From Eledone cirrhosa (taxonomy: Eukaryota), in the NCBI GenBank assembly GCA_964016885.1, contig OZ024742.1, forward strand, positions 300,390,001 to 300,454,000: a stretch of DNA of 64,000 nucleotides. The letters run 5' to 3'. This document shows positions 1 to 13,200 of this stretch, one piece after another. The notes beneath the pieces were generated by a model, which ran no database searches, had not been told where the DNA came from, and was given only the letters and a program-made list of their open reading frames with translations. The position numbers and the translations under genes were made by a program. Each line of letters starts with the position of its first letter. The first letter of the stretch is position 1.

Positions 1-495
1 AAATAGTTATTACTCAACAGAGTCTAGATATTTGGGATAGTTGAGTGTGACTATATTAGAAAGAGTCGCGCTCTCCAGCATTTTTTAGATTTACGCCCTA
101 CCCCAGAGGGACATACGACTCGGTTTGGATACTCCTGTCGCCCGTCATTTCTGTTCTCCTGGTCATCTTCCCTACACGTTTCAGTCCTGGGTGTCCTCTT
201 AATCATGGATCACAGGCCTCGCGCACCAGGACTGAACAAAGTCTGATTCACTGCTTTGGGTCCTATTCCCCCCTTGGACTCAACTCACCTACCCAATCTC
301 TCTAATACCCCGTCCATTATTACACCCCTAGATTCCTATCGCTTTCTCTTGATAATTAGCAGCTTCTCCTACAACTAATACATGCCGATACACACCCTTA
401 TATTAACATACTTTTGCTCATAGCTTCGTACTTACATGCATACACACTCTTTTACTCACACACACACATTTCTTCTTAGCCTCGTACGGACCTAT

Positions 496-625
<130 letters not shown>

Positions 626-845
626 TTACGCACGTGCTCAAGTATAGCTCTTTTTACAAAACGGTTTTCTTTCCATTTCAGGCAGACGCGCTCCAACATC
701 CACTTTTCTAAAAAACAAATCATACACAAAACACCAGCAGTTTTGCAAGAGATGTCAACATGAATGGACCTTTTATTTTTATCTAAAGACAATTTTTCCT
801 ATTCCATCCAGCCCGCCCCCTCAATCTATTTTATTTCTCATTCTT

Positions 846-881
846 TCTTCTGATGAAGAACTAGCGTCCGAAACGTTAAGA
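846..881 (+). ncRNA. Minimal type I hammerhead ribozyme
   Basis: UCUU-CUGAUGA-A-GAAC-uagc-GUCC-GAAAC-GUU^AAGA. Stem III is palindromic (ACGU). The sister copy at 48339 has a perfect GGAC/GUCC stem II. Confidence 0.8.
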
Positions 882-997
882 CCCTCTTCCCGCTATATCA
901 AGCGTTAACCTAATATATACCTTCCATATACTGTACCGATTGTGTTGTTATTTCTGTTTACCTTTTACATACATACACACATTATATATATATATAT

Positions 998-1660
998 GAA
1001 GATCACTGATGAAGGACTAACTTTATTCATATATAACCCATTTGCAACCACGCAGCACGTTTATTCTCATATTTACACATATATTTCCCCCCGCTGTGAC
1101 CCGTCTATTTCGTTCTTACTGCTTCCTCTTTCTCTGTATCTTTACCCCCTCTAACAGTCACTCTCTCTGTTAGCCTCTTCCTCACCCTTCACTCACTCAC
1201 TCTCTAATACTACCTCTCCTACTTCTTCCCGTTTGACCTGTGCGTAATTCTTTTCTCTCGCACGCTTGGCCAGGCCGGTTCCCCTTTTTTCTCTCTCTCG
1301 TCTACGAATTCACAGAACTTATGTTCACCGAATCCACGGACTGGAGTCCTTCTTCCTCCCGTTTGACCTGTGCGGAATTCCTTCCTTGCTCACATTTCAA
1401 CCAGGTTTGATGGTCTTTATTCTCTCTCGTTCACGATTTCACCGAACTTATATTCATGGAAATTTGGGACTTGACTCGTTCTTCCTCACTTTTCGTTGCT
1501 TTACCATCTTTGTTTGTTTACACTCTCGCTGTTCCCTTTATTTACGTGTCCCAACGACTTTCTTTAGCCGTTGTTCGCACCAACCGGAGGTATATGGTCT
1601 TTAAAGCGATGGAATACCGATGATGGTTGGAAGATCACTGATGAAGGACTAACTTTATTT
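998..1660 (+). mobile_element. Non-coding element with ~30-bp terminal direct repeats (period 632), HHR-like motif, in (TA)n
   Basis: GAAGATCACTGATGAAGGACTAACTTTATT at 998 and 1630. A diverged homologue lies on the minus strand at 53983-54612. Confidence 0.75.
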
Positions 1661-1679
1661 ATATATATATATATATATA

Positions 1680-2376
1680 TAAATGGAATAGAATGAAATG
1701 AAATTTCATTTATCACTCTTAGTACGGCACTTACTTAAATGTAAGTATCTATACGTACATGCATATATGTATACAGACGTACATTAGTATGTATATATAT
1801 ATACATACATGCACACATATATATATGCACGTATCGGTTTACCCAACATTTATTATCATGCTCGGTTTGTTTATTTGTAAACAAACAAACAGCCCGAGTT
1901 ACGCCGTACAGTGTTTAGGCAACCACGTCGCCTTTTTGTTCAACACTGACACAGGAACGCTGTACTAGTTTCAAGCTTATTAGCTATCGTCAGCATCGTA
2001 TACCTTCCTGCCAGATGGTTGAACGTCTGAAAGTATATACTTTCCTTATGCATATTAACGGCTGAGCAGCCTAATTTGCATATCGAGTGAGTTCAGTCGG
2101 CCGGGCACACCGAAAACGATAAATGGAATAGAATGAAACGAAATTTCATTTCTCACTCTTAGTACGGCACTTACTTAAATGTAAGTATGTATACGTACAT
2201 ACATATATGTATACAGACGTACAGTAGTATGTATATATATACATACATGCACACATATATATATGCACGTATCGGTTTACCGAACATTTATTATAATGCT
2301 CGGTTTGTTTGTTTGTAAACAAACAAACAGCCCGAATTACATGTGTGCATGTATGTATATATATACATACTACTGT

Positions 2377-2385
<9 letters not shown>
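1680..2385 (-). mobile_element. HHR-bearing 1.5-unit tandem element (period 440) with short inverted end; PLE pLTR/retrozyme-like
   Basis: 1681-1901 is repeated at 2121-2340. 2341-2380 is the reverse complement of ~2221-2256. Flanked by (TA)n. Confidence 0.75.
1958..1998 (-). ncRNA. Minimal type I hammerhead ribozyme
   Basis: CGAUG-CUGACGA-U-AGCU-aaua-AGCU-U-GAAAC-UA-GUA^CAGCG; palindromic ACUAGU stem III. Confidence 0.8.
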
Positions 2386-2454
<69 letters not shown>

Positions 2455-2569
2455 AGAATGTGGACTGACAAATTATATTTATATAAATGAATGATGTGCT
2501 TAAATTGAATTGCATCGTTATTCACTTATCGGTGTGTTGCTTACACAAACTTAGTCAACATCTTTACCG

Positions 2570-2883
<314 letters not shown>

Positions 2884-2999
2884 GGAAAAAGTATTGAGCT
2901 CTGCCGTCGGGGTCATACTTTTTCCTATTTCCCACTCTACTACCCTAAATATTGAGTACTCTGGTGCGTTATGGTCCATCTGGTTCCTTACCACAATTC

Positions 3000-3003
<4 letters not shown>
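2884..3003 (+). mobile_element. Partial copy of the ~190-bp fold-back family (see 7658, 12452, 58598)
   Basis: GAGCTCTGCCGTCGGGG...TGGTTCCTTACCACAATTCC is shared with the other copies. Confidence 0.8.
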
Positions 3004-3041
<38 letters not shown>

Positions 3042-3046
<5 letters not shown>

Positions 3047-3967
3047 TTCAAATATTAACAAAGTAGATGTTCTTGTGATCAATTAAATTTTATTATACAT
3101 ATTTCAGAGGTACTTGAATCAGGTTGAACAGTACGTCCTCATCAGATAATTAAAATGATACATGACATGCCCTGACATGTTAGATGGTCAAGATTTAATC
3201 AAGGTAGTGATTAACTTATGAGAACACTCAATATTTATACCCTAATAATGAGAACATGCGAAAACGTAATAGAATCAATAGAGAAGGTATGAGTAGAAAA
3301 AGATTGCTTTAATGTAAGAGTTATAGAGTTTTTAAAATCTGGAATACTACAGTAGGATTATAGAGGAAGGCGTATCTGGAGTTATAATTTTTTAATTTTT
3401 AGCTTGAGAAAGCAACTGATACATAATTAAAGAGAGGGAGAGATAAAGGGGAGTAATTTATGCACAAATTTTCTTCGGACACATATAGCCTTGGCAGTTA
3501 AATTTCAAAATATTTAATTTATGTTATTTTAGGGTGAAGAATCAACATTTTAGGTTTTAAAAGTTGATGGTTATTTGTATTAATTTTATAAATTTTATAA
3601 ATGTGTTACATTTCTAAAATTCGAAGTTTTATGAAAACAAATTTAAAGGATTTACTAGGCCCGCGAGAGAGAGAAAAAAAAAATTTTTCTCATAAGTTAA
3701 TCACTACCTTGATTAAATCTTGACCATCTAACATGTCAGGGTATGTCATGTATAATTTTATTTTATCTGATGAGGACGTACTGTTGAACCTGATTCAAGT
3801 ACCTCTGAAATATGTATAATAAAATTTAATTGATCACAAGAACATCTATTTTGTTAATATTTGAATTTAACATTAATAACTGTGGAAAATATTTTTTTTG
3901 GTAGAGTGCTTCCAATCTACTGTAAAACTCATTCTTTGATGTACTCATTGAATCTTGTTTAATTCTT

Positions 3968-3968
<1 letters not shown>
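3042..3968 (+). mobile_element. PLE-type end with inverted pLTR (arms 3042-3224 and 3687-3870), HHR-like motif in each arm
   Basis: Near-perfect ~183-bp inverted repeat, ~100-bp tail on one side, (TA)n on both flanks. Confidence 0.8.
3756..3824 (+). ncRNA. Hammerhead-like motif with extended stem II (mirror copy on minus strand ~3088-3155)
   Basis: CUGAUGA-GGA-C-GUACU-loop-AGUAC-C-UCU-GAAAUAUGUA; stem I is weak and AU-rich. Confidence 0.65.
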
Positions 3969-5362
<1,394 letters not shown>

Positions 5363-5482
5363 TAAAGTAATTACCAAATACGTTTTTACATTAAATATTG
5401 ATTTACGAATGCTTCGTCCGGTATATATAGTGTGTAACGTTTTTCGAAATATTTACTTCTGCGTTCACAGATTGATTTTTTT

Positions 5483-5533
5483 AGTTTCAGAAGATCCCGT
5501 TAAGGGTGAAAGCAGAGATTCTTTGCTTAAACT
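5483..5533 (+). ncRNA. Type I hammerhead ribozyme, U4A core variant
   Basis: AGUUU-CAGAAGA-U-CCC-guuaa-GGG-U-GAAA-GCAGAG-auu-CUUUGC-UU^AAACU; all three stems pair. Confidence 0.7.
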
Positions 5534-5823
5534 TTAGTCTGTTATTTTAATATATATATAATTATATATTCGTGTACAGATATTTTTGCATACACAAAAA
5601 TAAAATATAAACAAACGTATTTATTTCACGAGGCTCGACAGTAGCAAAAACAACAAAAAAGAGAGGAAACGCAATTACATGCTTTTGAAAATCTGAATGG
5701 AAAATTATTTGCCTATTCACCCAAGGCGACTTCACTTTTTATAGGACTTCTGCATCAATTGGTGAACATACGACGAAACTGTTTCAGAAAGGAGGGATAA
5801 ACATGCTAATCTATGTTTAGAAT

Positions 5824-5851
5824 CCCGAGCAGCGCCGGGCGATTCTGCTAG
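5824..5851 (+). mobile_element. Helitron 3' terminus
   Basis: GC-rich hairpin CCCGAGCAGCGCCGGG, then 8 nt, then CTAG followed by T. Confidence 0.65.
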
Positions 5852-5861
5852 TATATATATA

Positions 5862-6118
<257 letters not shown>

Positions 6119-6243
6119 TGTATGTATATGTTTGTGTGTGTGCGTGAGTGTGTGTATAAGTATACCCACTGGGAGACCATAGGTAAAATATTATATGTTA
6201 GTAGATATCTATATTTATATAAACACACACATAACAGCTACAC

Positions 6244-6277
<34 letters not shown>

Positions 6278-6539
6278 CAAGAGTAACCAATCTTAAAGAG
6301 AGAGATGGAGATAGGAGAGGAGAAGAGAGATTAGTGAATTAGTTAGAAGCCAAAGCGTAAAGGCATGTGCTCAATGTGCAATATGCAGTGGAAGGCAGCT
6401 AGGTGGCTGGGTTCATGCAGAGGTTAGGTGCACAGAGCTGGAAATATTCATTAGTTAAGCAAAACAAGACCACAAATTTCACAAGGAAGACATTATTAAA
6501 AGATTGTCAACATAGTTTTAGTTTGATGTAAGGAATGTA

Positions 6540-6540
6540 G

Positions 6541-6611
<71 letters not shown>

Positions 6612-6851
6612 CAAAGTGATCCCGATTGTCATAGGCGCACTGGGGACTATCTCCAAAAGTTTCCAGGGATGGTTAAAGAAAATCGGCCCCTTCACGCTTT
6701 TTGGAACGCTTCAAAAGGCATGCTTGCTTGGAACAGCAAGAACCCTCCGATACGTCCTGAATGTCTGAGGCTGCAGGTAGTGGCTTGATATTCAATCCAA
6801 CGGACTTTCCAGTTAACCAACATCAATGACTGAGATTCAAGGAATAACAAC

Positions 6852-6885
<34 letters not shown>
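6540..6885 (+). mobile_element. R4/Dong-like LINE 3' end inserted in (TAA)n
   Basis: 6610-6768 translates IKVIPIVIGALGTISKSFQGWLKKIG...LQKACLLGTARTLRYVLNV*. (TAA)n on both sides matches known Dong targeting. Confidence 0.85.
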
Positions 6886-7335
6886 TCCGTTTACAATTGT
6901 TTTGCTACTCCATATAATGTTTCTGGATCAAATGATTATAGATCATTATTGATCTGGTTCAGTTGAAAATAATTCTTAGGTACAATTAGAGCAGCTCATC
7001 GGAACTTCAAAAGGAATATAAATTAAAATAAGGAAAGAATGTTACATGAATGTAATGTTCCATATATTGGTATTTCACTATGGTGTCCTGGGTATATCTA
7101 TTGTCTGCCATAGTCGAGCAGTATTCTTCTGTCGAGGATGAATTGTGTGAGATCTGCCTATGGGTAACAAGATTGCCGCCAATGGACATATTTACCTTAC
7201 TAATTAGAGGGTGGTTTCAGGGGAAGTAACTCCTAAGTTAATTATTTTCAACTGAACCAGATCAATAATGATCTATAATCATTTGATCCAGAAACATTAT
7301 ATGGAGTAGCGAAACAATTGTAAACGGACATTATT
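6880..7335 (-). mobile_element. PLE-type end with ~95-bp inverted arms (6880-6974, 7240-7335)
   Basis: Near-perfect inverted repeat; HHR spans the left arm and the spacer. Confidence 0.75.
6889..7005 (-). ncRNA. Hammerhead-like ribozyme with ~78-nt loop II, CCGAUGA core
   Basis: GUU-CCGAUGA-GCUGCUC-(78 nt)-GAGUAGC-[G/A]AAAC-AAUU-GUA^AAC. GAAA is intact in the mirror arm at ~7311. Confidence 0.65.
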
Positions 7336-7495
7336 TGGACGCCATGCTTTCTAGCATAGTTACGTCCCTTTACGGTTTGAGTTCAAATCCCGTCGAGGTT
7401 AACTTTGCCTTTCATCCTTACGGGTCGATAAAATAAAGTACCAGTAATGTACTGGGTAATTGGTGGCCTTGTGCCAAAATTAGAAACAATTATTA
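7336..7495 (+). mobile_element. tRNA-derived SINE with Nin-like domain (5' truncated)
   Basis: B-box GAGTTCAAATCC; GCCTTTCATCCTTACGGGTCGATAAAATAAAGTACC core; (TTA)n tail. Confidence 0.85.
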
Positions 7496-7607
7496 TTAAT
7501 ATTATTATTAGTATTCTCTACATTCCTTACATTAAACTAAAACTATGTTGACAATCTTTTAATAATGTCTTCCTTGTGAAATTTGTGGTCTTGTTTTGCT
7601 TAACTAA

Positions 7608-7657
<50 letters not shown>

Positions 7658-7658
<1 letters not shown>

Positions 7659-7850
7659 CAAAGGAATTGTGGTAAGGAACCAGATGGACCATAACACACC
7701 AGAGTACTCAATACTTAGGGTAGTAGAATGAGTAATAGGAAGAGGTATGACTCCGACGGCAGAGTTCAAGCCGTTTCGACGGCTATTTCAGTCCAGAAAT
7801 AGCCGTCGAAACGGCTTGAGCTCTGCCGTCGGAGTCATACCTCTTTCTAT
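7658..7850 (-). mobile_element. Fold-back element in (TA)n
   Basis: ~55-bp arms centred on ~7792 plus a ~75-bp unique tail. Confidence 0.85.
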
Positions 7851-8461
7851 ATATATATTTATATATATATATATAGGTGTAATATTCGAACTACATAGTT
7901 ATGCAAATATCTAGAATGGTTGAGTTAAGCTGTGAAATGGAATTATTAACGTCTCAGTTGAGTGGCAATCGAATTAACATACTGTAAATACCATCTTTAG
8001 CTATTACACTCCATATGCACATACATACATACAAACACTCATACACACACATACATACACGCAACATACACACATATACAAACACTCATACACACACACA
8101 CACATGCCTACACACAACATATACAAACATACACTCACATGCACATGCATACACTCAACACACATTCACTCACACCTATATGCATACATACAGCATACAT
8201 ACGCATACACTTACATACATATGCATACACATAACACACTCACATACTCACACATACACACCACGTATATGCATACATACAACACACACACACATACACT
8301 CACGCATATGCATACACACTACAGAGTGAGAAGAGGAACGGACGGGGAATATTTTTTGAGAAAACACGTGTATTCTGTCAGCCATTTTGGAGAAAAAGTT
8401 ATATATATATATATATATATATGTATATGTATATATATATATGTATGTATATATATATATG

Positions 8462-8520
<59 letters not shown>

Positions 8521-8739
8521 GTATGTATATATATATATATGTATGTATATATATATATATGTATGTATATATATATATATAAGGGTTAAAATACTGGAGC
8601 GTGTTGGAGTTAAACACCCTCTTCGTATTATAGAAATGACAGTAAAAGGTATAGCTCAATGTAGTTAAACAGAGCCGAAAAATTAAGAAAGTAAAACAAA
8701 GAAGCCTTCAATACATCAAAAGTCTTTATTTCTTTATTA

Positions 8740-8776
8740 GCCGACAATGTTTCGTCCTATTAAGGACTCATCAGGG
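8740..8776 (-). ncRNA. Type I hammerhead ribozyme (canonical core)
   Basis: Reverse complement of 12195-12232. Confidence 0.88.
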
Positions 8777-9217
8777 CAATTAAAACAAGAAGAAGTAATA
8801 TCGGCAGATACAAGCCGGAAGCTCCGAAGAATATGGAGTGTACATACACTAAAGTATTGCAAGATTATGGGTAAAAATATATAATAAAAATAATAAAAAT
8901 ATATAATAAAAATTACTAAGGATGTATATAACATTAAGAACCATATTACAAATATAGTCCAAAGCAAAAAAAACCTAGAGCTAAACAAAGGTGGTTATAT
9001 AGAGCAGGAATTATATATAATACAATGTAATATAATATAATATATCTTTACCAATATTAAAATTACAATAAAAATCAAAAGGTACAATATGCATATGTAT
9101 ATATGTACGCACACGTACACACACATACACATACAACAATACACATATCCATCTTCAACTGCACAAATTAAACCTTATTAAGAGTTTGAATATAAAAATA
9201 AGCATGATAGGAATGAA

Positions 9218-9252
<35 letters not shown>

Positions 9253-10580
9253 ATCTACCCAATATACATGAGGTAATAATATGATATAATTATAAGTAGC
9301 ACATATAATAAATAATAAACAATACAATTATATACTATATAATATAATATAATAGAATAGATAATCTCCGGTTAATTTACACAAACAATATAGATGTCAC
9401 AATAATACTATAATAATAATATACTAACATTTATAATATACAATATACTAACATTTATAATATACAATATATAATGGTACTCAAGTTAACAAATCAATTC
9501 ATACTGGGTTACAGAGAAGGTGAGGAAAAATAAATTGTACAATACCCCCCAAAAAATTATGATGGTACAAAAAATACAAACATCTTACATGATATATAAA
9601 GTTTAACATATCATAATGTTACATATAATTAACGGTAAGTAATAAGGATCAATATTACAATAAAAAATACAATATAATATAATATATTATATAAAATAAA
9701 TTAACATAATATAATATATAATTACTTATAATTACAAGGTTGGTGAACAGATATGCATGTGGATGAGTGAGTAAGGGCCAGACAGTAAATATAATGCACA
9801 GTAGTATTACAAATAAAATATAAAATATAAAATATAGAATAAAATAAATAAATAGAATCAACCGGAAATTAAAAAAACAAAAACAAACGTATACATTTAG
9901 GTCTCACATGCAGTTAAGTAAAAACTAAGGAAACAACCCCTGTAAATGACTCGAAAACCCTATTTGATAAATTAATATTAAAAATATTTAAACTATCCAA
10001 TAAGGCAGTATAATATTAGCTATAGTTTAAGTAATTAAAGCTTATAAACGTTAATATTTCGTTACAAATGTTTACAAAAAGGAATGAATTTTTTTACTAT
10101 CATATACATAACGATATCTAAAAAACTGACTTAAGCAGAATTAAGGTAGGCTAATGGGGACAGAATTGATGAAATATATGGAGGGTGCGAAGGGGCATAA
10201 AATATAGTCGATATACTATAATAAATAATAGAACGGAGCGTAAAAGAGGGGGGGTTAAATATAATCATAGTCAATTTGGAGGGGTTGACAATAAGTTTAT
10301 GTGCGCAAGGGGGGGGGGGGTTATCCAAAGAAGAATCCGAATAAAAATAAAAATTAAAATTAAAATAAAATAAATAGCGTAAAATATATAATCTTATATA
10401 TATTCATAAGGTGTTAATAGTGAAAATTTAATGCGTAAGAAGATAGATATGGTACAGTAGCCAAAAGATTATGAGAGCTAGAATAAAGAGTCATCAAAAA
10501 CCAATGATAATAATGATGATAATAATAATGTTGGTAAACAAAAGAACCTAAACTAAAAAATAAGTAATGGAATATATCAG

Positions 10581-10859
10581 CTAATGGGTACAATTTGTAC
10601 TACTAGAACGTTTAGGTTTATAATAAAAGTATGAATTAGAAATAGCGTGGGGGCAAGAAGAGAATATCTCAGACTTTCTATTAAGTAAGGTTACGCTAGA
10701 GAAAATTATAGAGTGTGTCTCGAGGATACAGAGATTACAAAACTTAGTATGTGTAGAAAGGTGGCTAGAGCGTGCTACTAAACGCCAGTTAAGGCTATAT
10801 GGTATATTAGCTCCCTTAAGATCCCAGATATAATGTGCTAAAGAAGTAGAATTCTTAAA
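10581..10859 (-). pseudogene. C-terminal 92 aa of PLE GIY-YIG endonuclease (absent from ORF track)
   Basis: FKNSTSLAHYIWDLKGANIPYSLNWRLVARSSHLSTHTKFCNLCILETHSIIFSSVTLLNRKSEIFSSCPH aligns by eye with [24 protein letters not shown]...CDLCISE...LLNKLSE of the ORF at 29581-31404. Confidence 0.88.
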
Positions 10860-11722
10860 CTTAAGTCAGTTTTTTAGATATCGTTATGTATATGATAGTA
10901 AAAAATTTCATTCCTTTTTGTAAACATTTGTAACGAAATATTAACGTTTATAAACTTTAATTACTTAAACTATAGCTAATATTATACTGCCTTATTGGAT
11001 AGTTTAAATATTTTTAATATTAATTTATCAAATAGGGTTTTCGAGTCATTTACAGGGGTTGTTTCCTTAGTTTTTACTTAACTGCATGTGAGACCTAAAT
11101 GTATACGTTTGTTTTTGTTTTTTAATTTCCGGTTGATTCTATTTATTTATTTTAGTCTATATTTTATATTTTATATTTTATTTGTAATACTACTGTGCAT
11201 TATATTTACTGTCTGGCCCTTACTCACTCATCCACATGCATATCTGTTCACCAACCTTGTAATTATAAGTAATTATATATTATATTATGTTAATTTATTT
11301 TATATAATATAATATATTATATTATATTGTATTTTTTATTGTAATATTGATCCTTATTACTTACCGTTAATTATATGTAACATTATGATATGTTAAACTT
11401 TATATATCATGTAAGATGTTTGTATTTTTTGTACCATGATAATTTTTTTGGGGGTATTGTACAATTTATTTTTCCTCACCTTCTCTGTAACCCAGTATGA
11501 ATTGATTTGTTAACTTGAGTACCATTATATATTGTATATTATAAATGTTAGTATATTATTATTATAGTATTATTGTGACATCTATATTGTTTGTGTAAAT
11601 TAACCGGAGATTATCTATTCTATTATATTATATTATATAGTATATAATTGTATTGTTTATTATTTATTATATGTGCTACTTATAATTATATCATATTATT
11701 ACCTCATGTATATTGGGTAGAT

Positions 11723-11754
<32 letters not shown>

Positions 11755-12194
11755 TTCATTCCTATCATGCTTATTTTTATATTCAAACTCTTAATAAGGT
11801 TTAATTTGTGCAGTTGAAGATGGATATGTGTATTGTTGTATGTGTATGTGTGTGTACGTGTGCGTACATATATACATATGCATATTGTACCTTTTGATTT
11901 TTATTGTAATTTTAATATTGGTAAAGGTATATTATATTATATTACATTGTATTATATATAATTCCTGCTCTATATAACCACCTTTGTTTAGCTCTAGTTT
12001 TTTTTTGCTTTGGACTATATTTGTAATATGGTTCTTAATGTTATATACATCCTTAGTAATTTTTATTATATATTTTTATTATTTTTATTATATATTTTTA
12101 CCCATAATCTTGCAATACTTTAGTGTATGTACACTCCATATTCTTCGGAGCTTCCGGCTTGTATCTGCCGATATTACTTCTTCTTGTTTTAATT

Positions 12195-12232
12195 GCCCTG
12201 ATGAGTCCTTAATAGGACGAAACATTGTCGGC
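12195..12232 (+). ncRNA. Type I hammerhead ribozyme (canonical core)
   Basis: GCC-CUGAUGA-GUCC-uuaaua-GGAC-GAAAC-auu-GUC^GGC. Confidence 0.9.
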
Positions 12233-12277
12233 TAATAAAGACTTTTGATGTATTGAAGGCTTCTTTGTTTTACTTTC

Positions 12278-12356
<79 letters not shown>

Positions 12357-12405
12357 GTGTATATATGTGCGTGTTTACGTGTGTGTTTATAAAATAATAT
12401 ACGAA

Positions 12406-12451
<46 letters not shown>

Positions 12452-12453
<2 letters not shown>

Positions 12454-12640
12454 CGAAGGAAATGTGGTAAGGAACCAGGTGGACCATAACGCACCAAAGT
12501 ACTCAATACTTGATGTAGTAGAGTGGGTAATAGGAACCAGTAAGACCCCGACAGCTGAGCTCAAGCCGTTTCGACGGCTAATTCTGTCCAGAATTAGCCG
12601 TCGAAACGGCTTGAGCTCAGCTGTCGGGGTCTTACTGGTT

Positions 12641-12645
<5 letters not shown>
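12452..12645 (-). mobile_element. Fold-back element in (TA)n
   Basis: Perfect palindrome ~12530-12645; homologous to 7658-7850. Confidence 0.85.
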
Positions 12646-12708
<63 letters not shown>

Positions 12709-12763
12709 AGGCGTGTGTGTTTAGAAAATAATATACGAACATATTTTATATATATATATGTAT

Positions 12764-13200
12764 ATACGATATATTAACAAATGGAAACTATATTTATAAA
12801 ACCATATTTATTTTATTATACATATTTCAAGGACACCAAGTTAAATTATGGTGTGCTTTCATCAGATAAAATATAATATAGAGCAGTTTTATAAATAAAT
12901 ATTGACATACCCTTAAAGAATGCGACCATTTCTGTTGGAAGCTCCCGGAAATGGTCGCATTCTTTAAGGGTATGTCAATATTTATTTATAAAACTGCTCC
13001 ATATTATATTTTATCTGATGAAAGCACACCATAATTTAACTTGGTGTCCTTGAAATATGTATAATGAAATAAATATGGTTTTATAAATATAGTTTAAATT
13101 TGTTAATATATCGTATTTTTACTCCAATAATTTGTTAAGTGCTTTATATCAGTTATAAAAATATTTGCTTGTATCCCAACAATTTAAATAGAACTTCTAC
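12764..13200 (+). mobile_element. Fold-back PLE-type end (arms ~12764-12931 and ~12947-13115) with HHR-like motif in each arm
   Basis: ~170-bp inverted arms, 15-nt loop, one-sided tail; same family as 21690-21940. Confidence 0.85.
13008..13070 (+). ncRNA. Hammerhead-like motif with extended stem II (mirror copy ~12810-12872 minus)
   Basis: CUGAUGA-AAG-C-ACACCA-loop-UGGUGU-C-CUU-GAAAUAUGUA. Confidence 0.65.

Larger units (their letters stand above)
8581..12282 (-). mobile_element. 5'-truncated Penelope-like element with ~1.45-kb inverted pLTR (arms 8682-10135 and 10860-12282)
   Basis: Near-identical long inverted arms, GIY-YIG C-terminal remnant in the spacer, canonical HHR in each arm, (TA)n flanks. 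Confidence 0.9.
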
